From Dehalococcoidia bacterium (GTDB lineage Bacteria; Chloroflexota; Dehalococcoidia; Bin125): DNA of 64,000 bases. The notes beneath the pieces were generated by a model. The model was not told the origin of the DNA. It was given only the letters and a program-made list of their open reading frames with translations, and made no database searches. The stretch lies in the NCBI GenBank assembly GCA_963663235.2, contig CAXXNO010000004.1, positions 96,001-160,000 of the forward strand, in the 5' to 3' direction. Of the stretch, positions 27,548 to 37,004 are shown piece after piece. Each line of letters starts with the position of its first letter. Positions within the stretch are counted from its first letter, which is position 1. The translations under genes were made by a program, and so were the position numbers.

Positions 27548-29971
27548 TCAGGGTGCCGGTTGCCGCCAGACCTGACGGCCATCAACGCGCACCCAGAGGA
27601 CGGCCCGAGGCTGGAGTTCCGAGGCGAGCCCGGCAATGGGCAACTCCGGAAAAACCGTGTCAAATTGCTTCCTCTCCGGATTCCAGCGCAAGACCGTCAC
27701 CACGGAATCGACCAGCGCAAAGAGCGCCTCACCCGCAGACGTGGGCGGCCCCGTCCACGTCACGAAGTTGAGCCCCGTCTGGAGCGAGAGAATCCGGGCC
27801 GCGTTCGAGCCCGTCGGCTGGGCCCAGACCACGGCCTCTCCGGGCGTCAGCAGCACCCAGAGGGCGTCGCCGCGGTCGAGCGCGACGAGCGTGCTCACGA
27901 TAGGCAGGCCGGGCCGGTAGGCGTCCCATTCTTGGCGGGACGCGTCATAGCGGAACGCCGCGACGAGCCGCTCCCCAAGCGAGGCGAAGGCGGCGGCGGC
28001 CGCGCTCTGCGGGCCGAACCAACCGGTGGGCGTGAAGCCCGCAGCCAGCACGATGGGGCGCTCCGGGACGAAAGCCTCGGAGAACTCCGAGGTGTCCCCG
28101 CTGGCAGCGATGGCGATCGCGCTCAGCCCTCCGCCCGGCGGCAGGGGCACGGTGGTGGTCCAAGCTCCCGAGTTGTCGGCACGCGCTGCGCCGACGAACT
28201 CGCCGGGGGCGATGCGGTAGATCTCAACCAGCGCGCGCGGTGGGGCGGTGCCCGTCACCGCGGCGCTCGTTCCGCCCTGGACGACATCCAGGATCACCGG
28301 GGCGTTGAAGAGCCCGTTGGGGCCGGCATCGGCATCGTCGGGGTCGTTGGGGGTGAGCCCGTCGCCGCCCAGGTCGATGGCCGGTCCGTCGTTATCGAGA
28401 AAAGCATTGCGGGTGATGCGGTTGCGCTGGGTGTTCGCGTCCAGGACGACGACGCCCGCACCTACACTGGCCGCGATGCGGTTCTCTTCGATGATGGCGC
28501 CGGTGGTTCCGCGCCGGAGGGTGATCCCGACCCCGTTGCCGGAGGAGACATCGTCGGGACGCAGCCCAATGCGGTTGCCCCGAATCCGCACCTCCGCGAC
28601 GGTCACGACTTCGATCCCGCTCTGCTCCGAGGCCACGATCACGTTCCCCTCACCGCGCTCTCTCCCGCCGATCTCCACATCATCCGCGTCCATCACGCGG
28701 ATCCCGATGGTATTCGGCAGCGGTGTCGTCTCGTCGAGGCCGAGCCCGATCACGTTGCCGGTCACCCGCACGTCGCGAGTACTGAAGCCTTCGATCACGA
28801 TGGCCATGCTGCTGCCGACGATCCAGTTGCCCTCGCCGTCGGCGGGCCCTCCGATCTGGACATCGCGCGCGCCCGCCACCACGGAGATCCCGTCCTCCCG
28901 GTTGGGCACCGCCCGCCGGCCGCTCACGTCAAGCCCGATCCGGTTTCCCTGCACGGTGATTGCCTGCGCGCGCCGCTCGATGGCGATGCCCACGCGGTTG
29001 CCGGCGATGACATTGGCGGCGCCGGGGCCGCCGATAAAGACGCCGCGGGCATCGCCGTGGACGAAGACGCCAACGTCGTTGGGGACCGCCTCCGTCCCGC
29101 TCTCGTCCAAGCCGATCAGGTTGCCCTCAATCCGCAGAGCCAAGGCGCCGGTCTCGCGCACCTCGATCCCGGCCACGGCATTGCCACTGAGGACATTGCC
29201 CGCGTTGGGCTCGCTTCCGCCGACTGTCGCGTGGGCGTCATCGACGATCAGGATGCCGTCGTCATTGGGCAGCGCCTCACCATCGATGTCGAGGCCGATG
29301 ACGTTGCCGACGATCCGGGCGCCGACCGAGCCCGACCCGGCGACCAGCACTCCGTGGCCCGTGCGCTCGGGACCCGCGTTGCCGGCGATCCGGTTCCCAC
29401 AACCCGTGCAGTCATCGCCGATCCGGGCATCGCCTGCGCCCAGCAGCACCGCGATCCCGCCTATCCGGTTGGGCGCAGCGGTCCGCCCATCGAGCGCCAG
29501 GCCGACCCAGTTGGCGAGAAAGCTATTCCGATCGGCGGCATCGCCGATCGCCGCCAGACCGTAGCGCTCGAAGTTTCCTACGGCGAGGCCACGAATCTGC
29601 ACGTCGGGCGCGGATGAGACCAGCCCGCTGGCGGGCCCCGCATCGCGCCCATCGAGCATGATGCGCGGCCGCGAGGGATCACCGGGCTGCGACGTCCCAT
29701 CGATGATGGTTCCCGGATCGTCAATCGTCGGCAGCGGCGTTGACGGCGCGATGATCACGGGCCCGCTGCCGATGGCGAACCGGATGAGGTCCGGGCCGGA
29801 GTTCGCGTTGGAGGCGAGCAAGGCGTCGCGCAAGGTGCAGGTCTGGCCGCAGACGCCATCGCCGTCGTCGGACGCGGAGTTCACCGTCAGCACGCGCGAC
29901 TGCGCCGTGGCGGGGGGGGGCGGGACCAACGCCAGCGCCGCCAGGACGACCAAGAGAAGGACAGGCCTCAA
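27548..29971 (-). CDS. secreted CSLREA-domain/parallel beta-helix protein with two copies of the shared C-terminal module
   Basis: Signal peptide, LTVNSASDDGDGVC..TCTLRDAL (CSLREA), repeated GNxIGL...GI.I beta-helix rungs, IDLGGDG.TPND.DDADAGPN, two CTD copies. Confidence 0.88.
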   Translation of the reverse strand: MRPVLLLVVLAALALVPPPPATAQSRVLTVNSASDDGDGVCGQTCTLRDALLASNANSGPDLIRFAIGSGPVIIAPSTPLPTIDDPGTIIDGTSQPGDPSRPRIMLDGRDAGPASGLVSSAPDVQIRGLAVGNFERYGLAAIGDAADRNSFLANWVGLALDGRTAAPNRIGGIAVLLGAGDARIGDDCTGCGNRIAGNAGPERTGHGVLVAGSGSVGARIVGNVIGLDIDGEALPNDDGILIVDDAHATVGGSEPNAGNVLSGNAVAGIEVRETGALALRIEGNLIGLDESGTEAVPNDVGVFVHGDARGVFIGGPGAANVIAGNRVGIAIERRAQAITVQGNRIGLDVSGRRAVPNREDGISVVAGARDVQIGGPADGEGNWIVGSSMAIVIEGFSTRDVRVTGNVIGLGLDETTPLPNTIGIRVMDADDVEIGGRERGEGNVIVASEQSGIEVVTVAEVRIRGNRIGLRPDDVSSGNGVGITLRRGTTGAIIEENRIAASVGAGVVVLDANTQRNRITRNAFLDNDGPAIDLGGDGLTPNDPDDADAGPNGLFNAPVILDVVQGGTSAAVTGTAPPRALVEIYRIAPGEFVGAARADNSGAWTTTVPLPPGGGLSAIAIAASGDTSEFSEAFVPERPIVLAAGFTPTGWFGPQSAAAAAFASLGERLVAAFRYDASRQEWDAYRPGLPIVSTLVALDRGDALWVLLTPGEAVVWAQPTGSNAARILSLQTGLNFVTWTGPPTSAGEALFALVDSVVTVLRWNPERKQFDTVFPELPIAGLASELQPRAVLWVRVDGRQVWRQPAP

Positions 29972-30170
29972 GCCGATCCCTTCGCCCCCGCCTCCCGGGC
30001 CACTCTATGGGGCACTTCGGCCAGGGGCCAGGCGCCCGCCCCAGTCTCAGGGAGATCACCGCTCCGTGATCAAGGCGTTGACGGCCGCTAATCCGGGGCG
30101 TCCCCGACCGCGGCGGTGGAGATGGGCGCGCAGGATGGAAGGAGGCGGGAGCCGACAGAACACCAGCAAC

Positions 30171-30858
30171 ATGGCAAATCCCCATCGACGGCGGCCGCAC
30201 GGGCCCGCAGCGGGTAGGGGCGTCCTGCGCGTCCTGCTCACCACTCTCGCCGTTGCCGTGCTTCTCGCGGTCAGCGGGGATCGTGTGGCGAGCCGAAGCG
30301 GCGCCCGCTCCTATCCTGCTCAGCGCCACCGCCAGCGACGCGTCCACAGGTGGCGCCGGCGTCCAGGCCGGCGATCAGGTGGTCGTTCGCTTCGACTCAT
30401 CGACGAACGCGGTGGCGATCACCGCCGCCAACATCGCTGCGGCCCTGCCGCTCAACAACGGGCATTCGTGGCTGGACGGGGCCGGCGCGATCGCAAGCGC
30501 GGTGTGGAGCACAACCACCTTCGCCAACGACACCCTGACGGTCACGCTCTCCGCCGGTACCGCGACACCGACGGTCGCCATCGCGGATACCGTCTCGACC
30601 GGCACGGTCATCGCCGACGTCAGCAGCGCGAATCCCGCCACCGGCACGGCGGCACTCGCCGGCTCCTTCGGCGTCGACAGGTTGACGGTAGCCGGCATCG
30701 ACCGGGCGCCGGCCTCGACAACCCTCGGCCGGCGACACGCCACCGTCGCCAACGGCGTGAAGGTCTACGACGACCTCAACGACGACGGTGTCCTCGACAC
30801 GGGAGAGCCGGCGCTCGGAAGCCGGAGGCGTCCCGGATGGTCCCAGCGGCGATGGTGA
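30171..30858 (+). pseudogene. frameshifted, truncated large secreted Ig-like protein
   Basis: Signal peptide from ATG 30171 (VLLTTLAVAVLLAVS), +1 shift near 30290 into AEAAPAPILLSATASD...GDQVVVRFD...DTLTVTLS...VKVYDDLNDDGVLDTGEP, then breaks off. Confidence 0.7.
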
Positions 30859-31047
30859 TCACGTCATCGGCCGCCACGGTGGGCGAGCCGCCGGCGGAAG
30901 CCGAGAGGGCGATATCGTGAGGTCCCTCACCGCGGCCCGGGCCGGCACGACCACCCTGTAGCGGCCGTCGCCCGACTCTAGGACGGTGTCGGCGCCGACC
31001 TGTGCCAGTGCCGTCGAGCCGCTCAGCGATGAGATGGAGGGCGTCGC
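30815..31047 (-). pseudogene. inverted fragments of a related secreted-protein gene
   Basis: Minus strand reads ...VGADTVLESGDGRYRVVVPARAAVRDLTIS and, in another frame, IALSASAGGSPTVAADDVITIAAGTIRDASG. Confidence 0.55.
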
Positions 31048-31048
31048 G

Positions 31049-32644
31049 TCAGCTCAGGGGCCACACGGTCGCCGTGCGGGCAAAGACCGATAATCGGTCG
31101 CCGGAGCGGATGGAGAAGTTGACCCCTAGAGCGAGCCCCGGGAAGTAGCCCTCCCAGCCCTGCTCGAGATCGAAGCGCCAGACCGCCACAATCGCCCCTG
31201 CGTGCGACTCTGTGGCCTGGCGCACGGAGATGGTGGCGCTGGGCCAGATCACGACATTCAGACCGGCGGAGAGCGCCAGGCCCTCCAGCGCCGTCGATTC
31301 CGGAAGCGCGACGCTGTCCTCTACCTCGGCGATGATGCCCAACACGACCGCGCGGACCGTCACACCAGCCCTAGAGCCCAGGAAGGTGAGCGTCGACTCC
31401 GCGACGCCGTCCCGTACCTCGGCGACGGAGGGGTCAAACGCCGCCTCCGCGTCGTCTGGGAGGCCTGAGGCGCTGTAGCGGACACGGATGCCGTCGGGCA
31501 CGTCGAAGCCGTCGGCGTCGGTCACGGTCGCGCGCAGGCGAAAGAGCCCAGGCCCGGCCGGCTCGACCGCCAAGGAGATGGCGGCCGCAGGGCCGGCCAC
31601 GCGCACCACGGCGCTGGCTTCCAGCCCGTTCACCCGCACCGTGACGGTGACCGGTCCGGCTTGTTCGGCGTCCGCCGCCGACAGGTGCCCGCTCGCGCGG
31701 CCGCCGGAGTCGGTCGTTGGGGACTCGCCGGCGCCGCTGTGGACCACGGCCACGCCGGGGACGTCCGTGCTGAAGTCCACGCGGACTCGGGGCACAGGGC
31801 GGCCACCGTCGTCAAGGAGGATGGCGACCAACGTGCTTTCGCCCGCCGCGATGGGGTCATCGCCGAGGCTGATGCTGGAGCGCAGCAGGAGCAGTTCCAG
31901 GTTGGCGGGGGGGCCGTGGATGGTGACGTCGATGGCCGCCGACACCTCACCCGCGGTGGCGCGAATGGTCACGGCGCCGGGCTCCGCTTCCAAAAAGGCG
32001 GAGACCTGGCCGCCGGCATCGGCATCGAGCCGGATCTCCGCGCCCACCACGTCGGCGGCGTCCGGCGCGTCCGGCGCGGCGGAGCGCAGCAGGCCGGCGC
32101 TGGTGGAGAGCGTGACCGCGACGCCGGGCACGGCTTCACGCTCGCTGTCGCGGACCTCGACGATCACGCGCGACGGGACCGCGGCGCTGAGGACGGCGCC
32201 GTCGCGGGGGGCATGGAAGCTGATGGCCGCCGGATTGCCGACCAGCGTGACGACGGTGGAGCGCACGCTCTCGCCGACGCGGGCCGTAACCGCCGCGGTC
32301 CCCTGCCGCCCGTCACCGACGAGCGTCGCCGTCGCCACGGCTTCGGAGCCGTCGGTTTGCTGCAGAGCCACGCTGATGCGGCTGGGCCCGTTGGGCGTGC
32401 CGAACGCGCCCAGGGTGGTCGTGAGCGTGAGCCGAGTCTCCGGCGTGACGTCGCCGCCGACCGTCACCTGGACGGTGCTCTCGCCGCCATCCGCGAGGAT
32501 CTTCGTCGGGCTGGCGGTGATCGCCCGGACTGTCGCGGTGCTACCGGCGTGGAGCGGCGGGGACCAAGTTCCGACCGCGCTCAGCGCCACCAACAGCGCA
32601 AGCACCAGGAAGAGCGACCGGGAGTGGCGGCTGGCAAAAGTCAT
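31049..32644 (-). CDS. secreted invasin/intimin-type Ig-domain protein with the shared C-terminal module
   Basis: ATG 32644, signal peptide, ASPTKILADGGESTV, VEVRDS...VPGVAVTLSTSAG, LLDDGGRPVPRVRVDF, VTDADGFDVPDG; one CTD. Confidence 0.85.
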   Translation of the reverse strand: MTFASRHSRSLFLVLALLVALSAVGTWSPPLHAGSTATVRAITASPTKILADGGESTVQVTVGGDVTPETRLTLTTTLGAFGTPNGPSRISVALQQTDGSEAVATATLVGDGRQGTAAVTARVGESVRSTVVTLVGNPAAISFHAPRDGAVLSAAVPSRVIVEVRDSEREAVPGVAVTLSTSAGLLRSAAPDAPDAADVVGAEIRLDADAGGQVSAFLEAEPGAVTIRATAGEVSAAIDVTIHGPPANLELLLLRSSISLGDDPIAAGESTLVAILLDDGGRPVPRVRVDFSTDVPGVAVVHSGAGESPTTDSGGRASGHLSAADAEQAGPVTVTVRVNGLEASAVVRVAGPAAAISLAVEPAGPGLFRLRATVTDADGFDVPDGIRVRYSASGLPDDAEAAFDPSVAEVRDGVAESTLTFLGSRAGVTVRAVVLGIIAEVEDSVALPESTALEGLALSAGLNVVIWPSATISVRQATESHAGAIVAVWRFDLEQGWEGYFPGLALGVNFSIRSGDRLSVFARTATVWPLS

Positions 32645-32745
32645 AACGGCCGCCAGATCAAGAGGCGGAGCAGCCGCGCCCCTGCGCAACTGCTCCGCCC
32701 CTCTGGGCGAATCCCCCAATGCGGGGGATTCGACGCTGCCTTCTG

Positions 32746-33288
32746 CTAGCGGACGCTCAAGGACGAGCGCCGCACCGCCGCGACGCCGCCCAGCGCGACG
32801 ATCGCCGCGATGGCCAGAGCCAGCGGCAGGGCCGGGAAGCCGCTGCCGGAGGAGTCTGCCAGGCCACCGCTACCGGTGTCCGGCAGGGCCGAGGGCGCAG
32901 CCATCGCCATCGACGCCGACTCCAGGTCAAGCGCGACCTCGGTGAGGTCACCGCTCACGATCGGGAAGGGGTCGCTCCTCGAGCCGCCGTCGATGCTGAA
33001 GACCACACTGGACGCCGCGTCCGCGTCCACCTGGATCAGCCAGGTGCCATCGGCGATTGCGCCGGTGCCGACCGCGTCCTCGGTGTCGGCGTTCCAGGCG
33101 GTGACGACCGCGTCGTCCGCCGCCGGCTCGCCGTCCAGGAGGGCGCCGGTGCCGGTTTCCACGCTGCCGAAGAACTGGTGCGGCGGCAAGGGCGGGGCCT
33201 GTGCGAACGCGCTCGTCACGAGCGCCAGCGCCAGCGCGGCGGCGCTCAATGCGACCGCCCAACGCCAGGCTTTGCGAGTTTTGGCCAT
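32746..33288 (-). CDS. small secreted protein with LPxTG sortase-type sorting signal
   Basis: Signal peptide ending AFA-Q, PPLPPHQFFG, C-terminal LPDTG + hydrophobic helix + RRSSLSVR. Confidence 0.85.
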   Translation of the reverse strand: MAKTRKAWRWAVALSAAALALALVTSAFAQAPPLPPHQFFGSVETGTGALLDGEPAADDAVVTAWNADTEDAVGTGAIADGTWLIQVDADAASSVVFSIDGGSRSDPFPIVSGDLTEVALDLESASMAMAAPSALPDTGSGGLADSSGSGFPALPLALAIAAIVALGGVAAVRRSSLSVR

Positions 33289-33372
33289 GAGTAATGGCTC
33301 CCTTTCTGCTTCTTTCTGCTGTTGCGTTGTGGGGGACCGCCGCGCTTGACGGCGGCCCCCCACCTCTCACGT

Positions 33373-33392
33373 CCTCCGCGTTCCCGCGGAGG
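33373..33392 (-). terminator. hairpin just downstream of the S-layer-like gene
   Basis: Perfect 8-bp stem CCTCCGCG-TTCC-CGCGGAGG, 11 nt after the stop; no U-tract. Confidence 0.45.
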
Positions 33393-33404
33393 TTCGATCC
33401 TTGC

Positions 33405-33476
33405 TACGCCTCGATGACGATGTCCTGCGCCATCTCGGAGTACGCCTCGATGACGATGTCCTGCGCCATCTCGGAG
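33405..33476. repeat. perfect 36-bp tandem duplication
   Basis: tacgcctcgatgacgatgtcctgcgccatctcggag x2 (33405-33440, 33441-33476). Confidence 0.95.
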
Positions 33477-33671
33477 ACGACCCACAGGATGGCGCCATCA
33501 TCTATGGCGAAGTCGACGGCGCCGAGCGCCGGGAAGAAGTTCGTGTCCCACTCGTTAATCGACGGGTTGAACAGCCAGGCGATCTTGACGGTGGCGAAGA
33601 CATTCGCGGCCGAGGCCGGGCCGAAGGCCCAGGAGACGAACTGCCCCCCCGCGTTCAGCGAGAGGACGTCG

Positions 33672-33775
33672 TCACCGTCCACGGCCTCGTCACCGTCCAC
33701 GGCGTCCTCACCGTCCACGGCGTCCTCACCGTCCACGGCGTCGTCACCGTCCACGGCGTCGTCATGCGTCCACGG
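33672..33775. repeat. 18-bp tandem repeat, 5 units plus 1 degenerate, encoding (D/E)AVDG(D/E)
   Basis: tcaccgtccacggc(g/c)tc(c/g) units at 33672, 33690, 33708, 33726, 33744; degenerate unit at 33762. Confidence 0.92.
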
Positions 33776-35753
33776 TTATGTGGTAGATCGCATTCTCCGA
33801 CCCCATGCTGACCACGATCTCCGTGGCCCCCTGGGACAGGCCGAACGCCGTAATCACGGCACGGCCACCAGCCGTGCCGCCGATGGTCTCGACAGGGGCC
33901 GCGAAGCCCGGCAAGGCCACTGGCGGTCCTGAACAGGATCCTCGTACTCGTCGAGATCCAGTGCGTGGCCGTGCCGTCCGCCACCGGGTCGCCGTCGAGG
34001 TCCCAACCGGACGCCGTGTACATAGCCGTCCATGCCGACGTCGATGTTCGCGGGACCGTCCACCGTGACATCCACGACCGGCCCGGCCGTCACGAACTCA
34101 TCCGTGTCGCTCGATCATCGTCGACACGCAGCCATCCGTGCAGGTCGCGGTGATGGTGAAGGTGTCCTTCACCAGCGTGTCGTCATCGAAGTTGATCACG
34201 CCCACGTGCGCGATGCCGCCAGCGTTCCCGGCTCCGAGCTTCGTCATACCCGCACACTTCTCGCCGCCGGCAACGCAACCGCTGCCGCCCGGCCCGGTGG
34301 GCAGACCATTTCCCTTCGGCGCCAGCTTCGCCAGCAACGAAGAGGCTCTGCGACACGCCCGCCGAATTCGTCACGGTGAAACTCAACTTGCGCCGGCCAC
34401 TTCCAGGCCAGCCGCGTCGAGCACGCGGCCCACAACGTAGACCTCATCGTTGGCCGTGCCGCCCATTCCGCCGAATCCTGGCCGAGGACGATGTCCTGCG
34501 GGACGTTCGGAACCCCCGCATCCTGCCGTGGTGCTAAAGGTGTCCACCTCAACGGTGACGCCCTCGCCGACGCAGTTACCGACGATCGTGTTACTGACGA
34601 CAGCGCCGACCCTCGCCGTGATCTCGAAGGGGCCGGCCACGCCGGCACACTCGAACGACACGGAGGCGACACCCTGCCCTCAGGCTCGGCCGCATTACTT
34701 CGCCGTCGTTAACGTCTCCGTGTTCCCGACGCAGGACTGCAGGGCCGCACACACCATTGGCGCAGCCGTCGCTCCCGCTCCGTTGCCGCGTCGGCGGCGG
34801 AATAGGCCAGCACCATTGAGGACCGCAGAGTTCACGACGTTAGCGGTGCCAAGAGTGTCCTGGAAGAGGCCCTGACCTATGACTTGGAACGTCGTCGGGG
34901 TTCCCGGGGCCGGTTCGCCATGGTGTCCCGCACGATCGCGCTCAAGACGATCTGATCGCCTGGCGCCGCAGCAGCTGTGAGCGGCAGGTTCACCAACGAG
35001 GGCGAGTCCGCCGCCTTCGGGTCTGCGGCTCGGCCCGGGTCAGGCCTCAGCGGTACCATTCGCCGCGACGAGCTTGAATGCTGGAGACCACCGCAATCTG
35101 CGTGTAGGCCACCTGGATCGGACTGGAATCTGCGCCCGGTCCGCCCTGGGTGATGTTGACCACGACGTTACCCGCGGTGCCTGTACCCGTCAGACCGACA
35201 GTAGTAGCTTCAGTTTACCTACTCCGCATCCTTCATCGATGTCACAGAGTGCCTCGTCATTGAAACAGATGAGGGACTGGCCGGCGTTGGCGGTGAACTG
35301 CGCCGAGCCTGTGCTGACCTCGTCGATGCTGGACACGTAGAAGGTCGTGCCATCGGCGTCGGGACGTATTCCCCATGATTTTCAATTCCGTGGCACCGTT
35401 GGCCGAGATATCGTCCGGCTCGAAACTCGCCGTGTGATCGGCCTCTGCCTGCCGGAACGGCAGCGCGGCAAACGCCACCGCGGCAAGCAGGGCCAACGCC
35501 AGCGCTACCAAGAGATAGTGCGGGCTAATTGTCAGAGCCCGCATCTGTGTTCTGCTCATTAATCTATGTCTCCATCTTCTCTTTCAGGAGTTTGAGAACG
35601 CTCCGTTTACCTGTTCGTTCGCTCGCTCGCGTCCTTCTCTTCCCCCTTCGCTTCCGCAAAGGTGGCGCGCGAAGGACTAGGGCCTCCTCTCCGTGCCGTT
35701 TCTCACCCGCGAAGGGTGAAGGATCGAATCCGCCTGACTAAGAGTCCTGGCCA

Positions 35754-35782
35754 ACGGTAGAAGGGGGCGGAGAGTGAGGCAA
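35754..35782 (-). promoter_or_regulatory. putative sigma70 promoter of the S-layer-like gene
   Basis: Minus strand TTGCCT-N17-TACCGT, about 190 nt upstream of ATG 35559. Confidence 0.5.
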
Positions 35783-35987
35783 TCACCTCCCGGCCGGTTT
35801 TACGGAGGCTTAACCAGATAGGCGAGGCATGTTATGTTATGCGCCCCACCCCACCAGACGAGGCGTCCGGGGCGGTCTTCTCAAGGCCCCGGGGGCGGAG
35901 GACCCATGGTACGCGCCCACAAGATGGACGCGGAGAATCCGGCGCTGATGGGAGCAGGGGATCAAGTAATTGAGCAAAGAGCCGAAC

Positions 35988-36902
35988 TCACTCTCCGCCC
36001 CCCTCTGCATCATCAGGCGATGCGGAGGGGGAGGCGGGGGCTGCGGGGTCGAACGCGGCGACCCGCGCCGCCAGACTCCGCACCAGCGCCTCGATGTCCA
36101 CGGCCTCGGGCGCCGGCACCTCCGCCCCGGCGTGCGCGAGCTCGCTGCGGGCGCTGAAAAAGACGCTGCCACCCACGCGCACCCAGATGACCGTCGTGTC
36201 CCGCGCCTCCGCCGGGCTCTGGCCCCTCACCTGGTGGCGGATGCGGTAGGCGAGCGATTCGTCGCCCAGCCCGGGGTCCGCCAACCGTTGGAACGCCTCC
36301 AGCTCCAGGTTGGCGTCGGTGATCGAGAGGATCTGCGCGCCGTCGGCTCGGCGGAGGCTCTCGAAGGCCGCGGCGGCCAGCTGCGCGTCGGCGGCCGGGT
36401 AGAGGGAGGTCGAGGCGAAGCCCGCCTCCACGCCTTCCCCTTCGCGCCAGCCCTGTAGCGCCAGCAGGCCGGGGACCTGCATGTAGTCGCTCCAGGCGTC
36501 GAAGTGCGGGTCGCGACTCACGAAGAGGAGCCCTAAAAAGGTGTGACTCCCCGCGGCCGCCGCCGACGGGGGGATCAGGCCCGGCTCCGGCTCCACCAGG
36601 GCGCCCAGCGCCCGCTCCAGGGGGTGCTCGTCCAGCGGCGAGGCGCCTGGTACGCCCGCACCGCCGTGGGGATGCGCTACCCCGTCCAGGTGCAGATGGA
36701 CGAACTGCCGCGCCTCCGGCGCGTCGTCGTCGTCGCCGCCCGCCGTCAGCACGGCCACGACAATAACGATCACGGCCCCGACCGGCAGCACCACCAGGTA
36801 GGGGAGCCAGTGGGCCCGCAAAAAGCGGAGCGGATGCCAGCGCGCTCGCACGCCGTGCCGGAGCGATGCGCGGCGCAACGAGCGAGTTTTGGGGCGCGCC
36901 AT
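35988..36902 (-). CDS. single-pass membrane protein with extracytoplasmic domain (paralog of 54829-55560)
   Basis: Basic N-terminus, TM helix LVVLPVGAVIVIVVAVL, RLADPGLGDESLAY...IWVRVGGSVF. Confidence 0.75.
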   Translation of the reverse strand: MARPKTRSLRRASLRHGVRARWHPLRFLRAHWLPYLVVLPVGAVIVIVVAVLTAGGDDDDAPEARQFVHLHLDGVAHPHGGAGVPGASPLDEHPLERALGALVEPEPGLIPPSAAAAGSHTFLGLLFVSRDPHFDAWSDYMQVPGLLALQGWREGEGVEAGFASTSLYPAADAQLAAAAFESLRRADGAQILSITDANLELEAFQRLADPGLGDESLAYRIRHQVRGQSPAEARDTTVIWVRVGGSVFFSARSELAHAGAEVPAPEAVDIEALVRSLAARVAAFDPAAPASPSASPDDAEGGGE

Positions 36903-37004
36903 TGCGCGCAGGATAGCGCACGCCCGCCTCTGCCTGCAGCGGCCCGCTCCGAGCGGCCGGCGAATTCCGCCGCCCCACGCTCCCTGCGACGGCAGCAGTT
37001 CTCG

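Larger units (their letters stand above)
33404..35559 (-). pseudogene. multiply frameshifted S-layer-like/Ig-domain surface protein with the shared C-terminal module
   Basis: RBS GGAG, signal peptide (LLVALALALLAAVAFAALP..QAEA), collinear fragments across at least 8 frame changes ending in an acidic linker and CTD. Confidence 0.75.

Noticed and set aside
27215-29617. 800-aa + strand ORF, and similar long ORFs such as 61422-63962 and 6876-8237
   Set aside because: Antisense shadows of real genes in high-GC DNA; Arg/Pro/Gly-rich with no motifs.
33405-33775. Repeats as a CRISPR array
   Set aside because: Units are contiguous with no spacers, lengths are multiples of 3 inside coding sequence, and no cas genes are visible.
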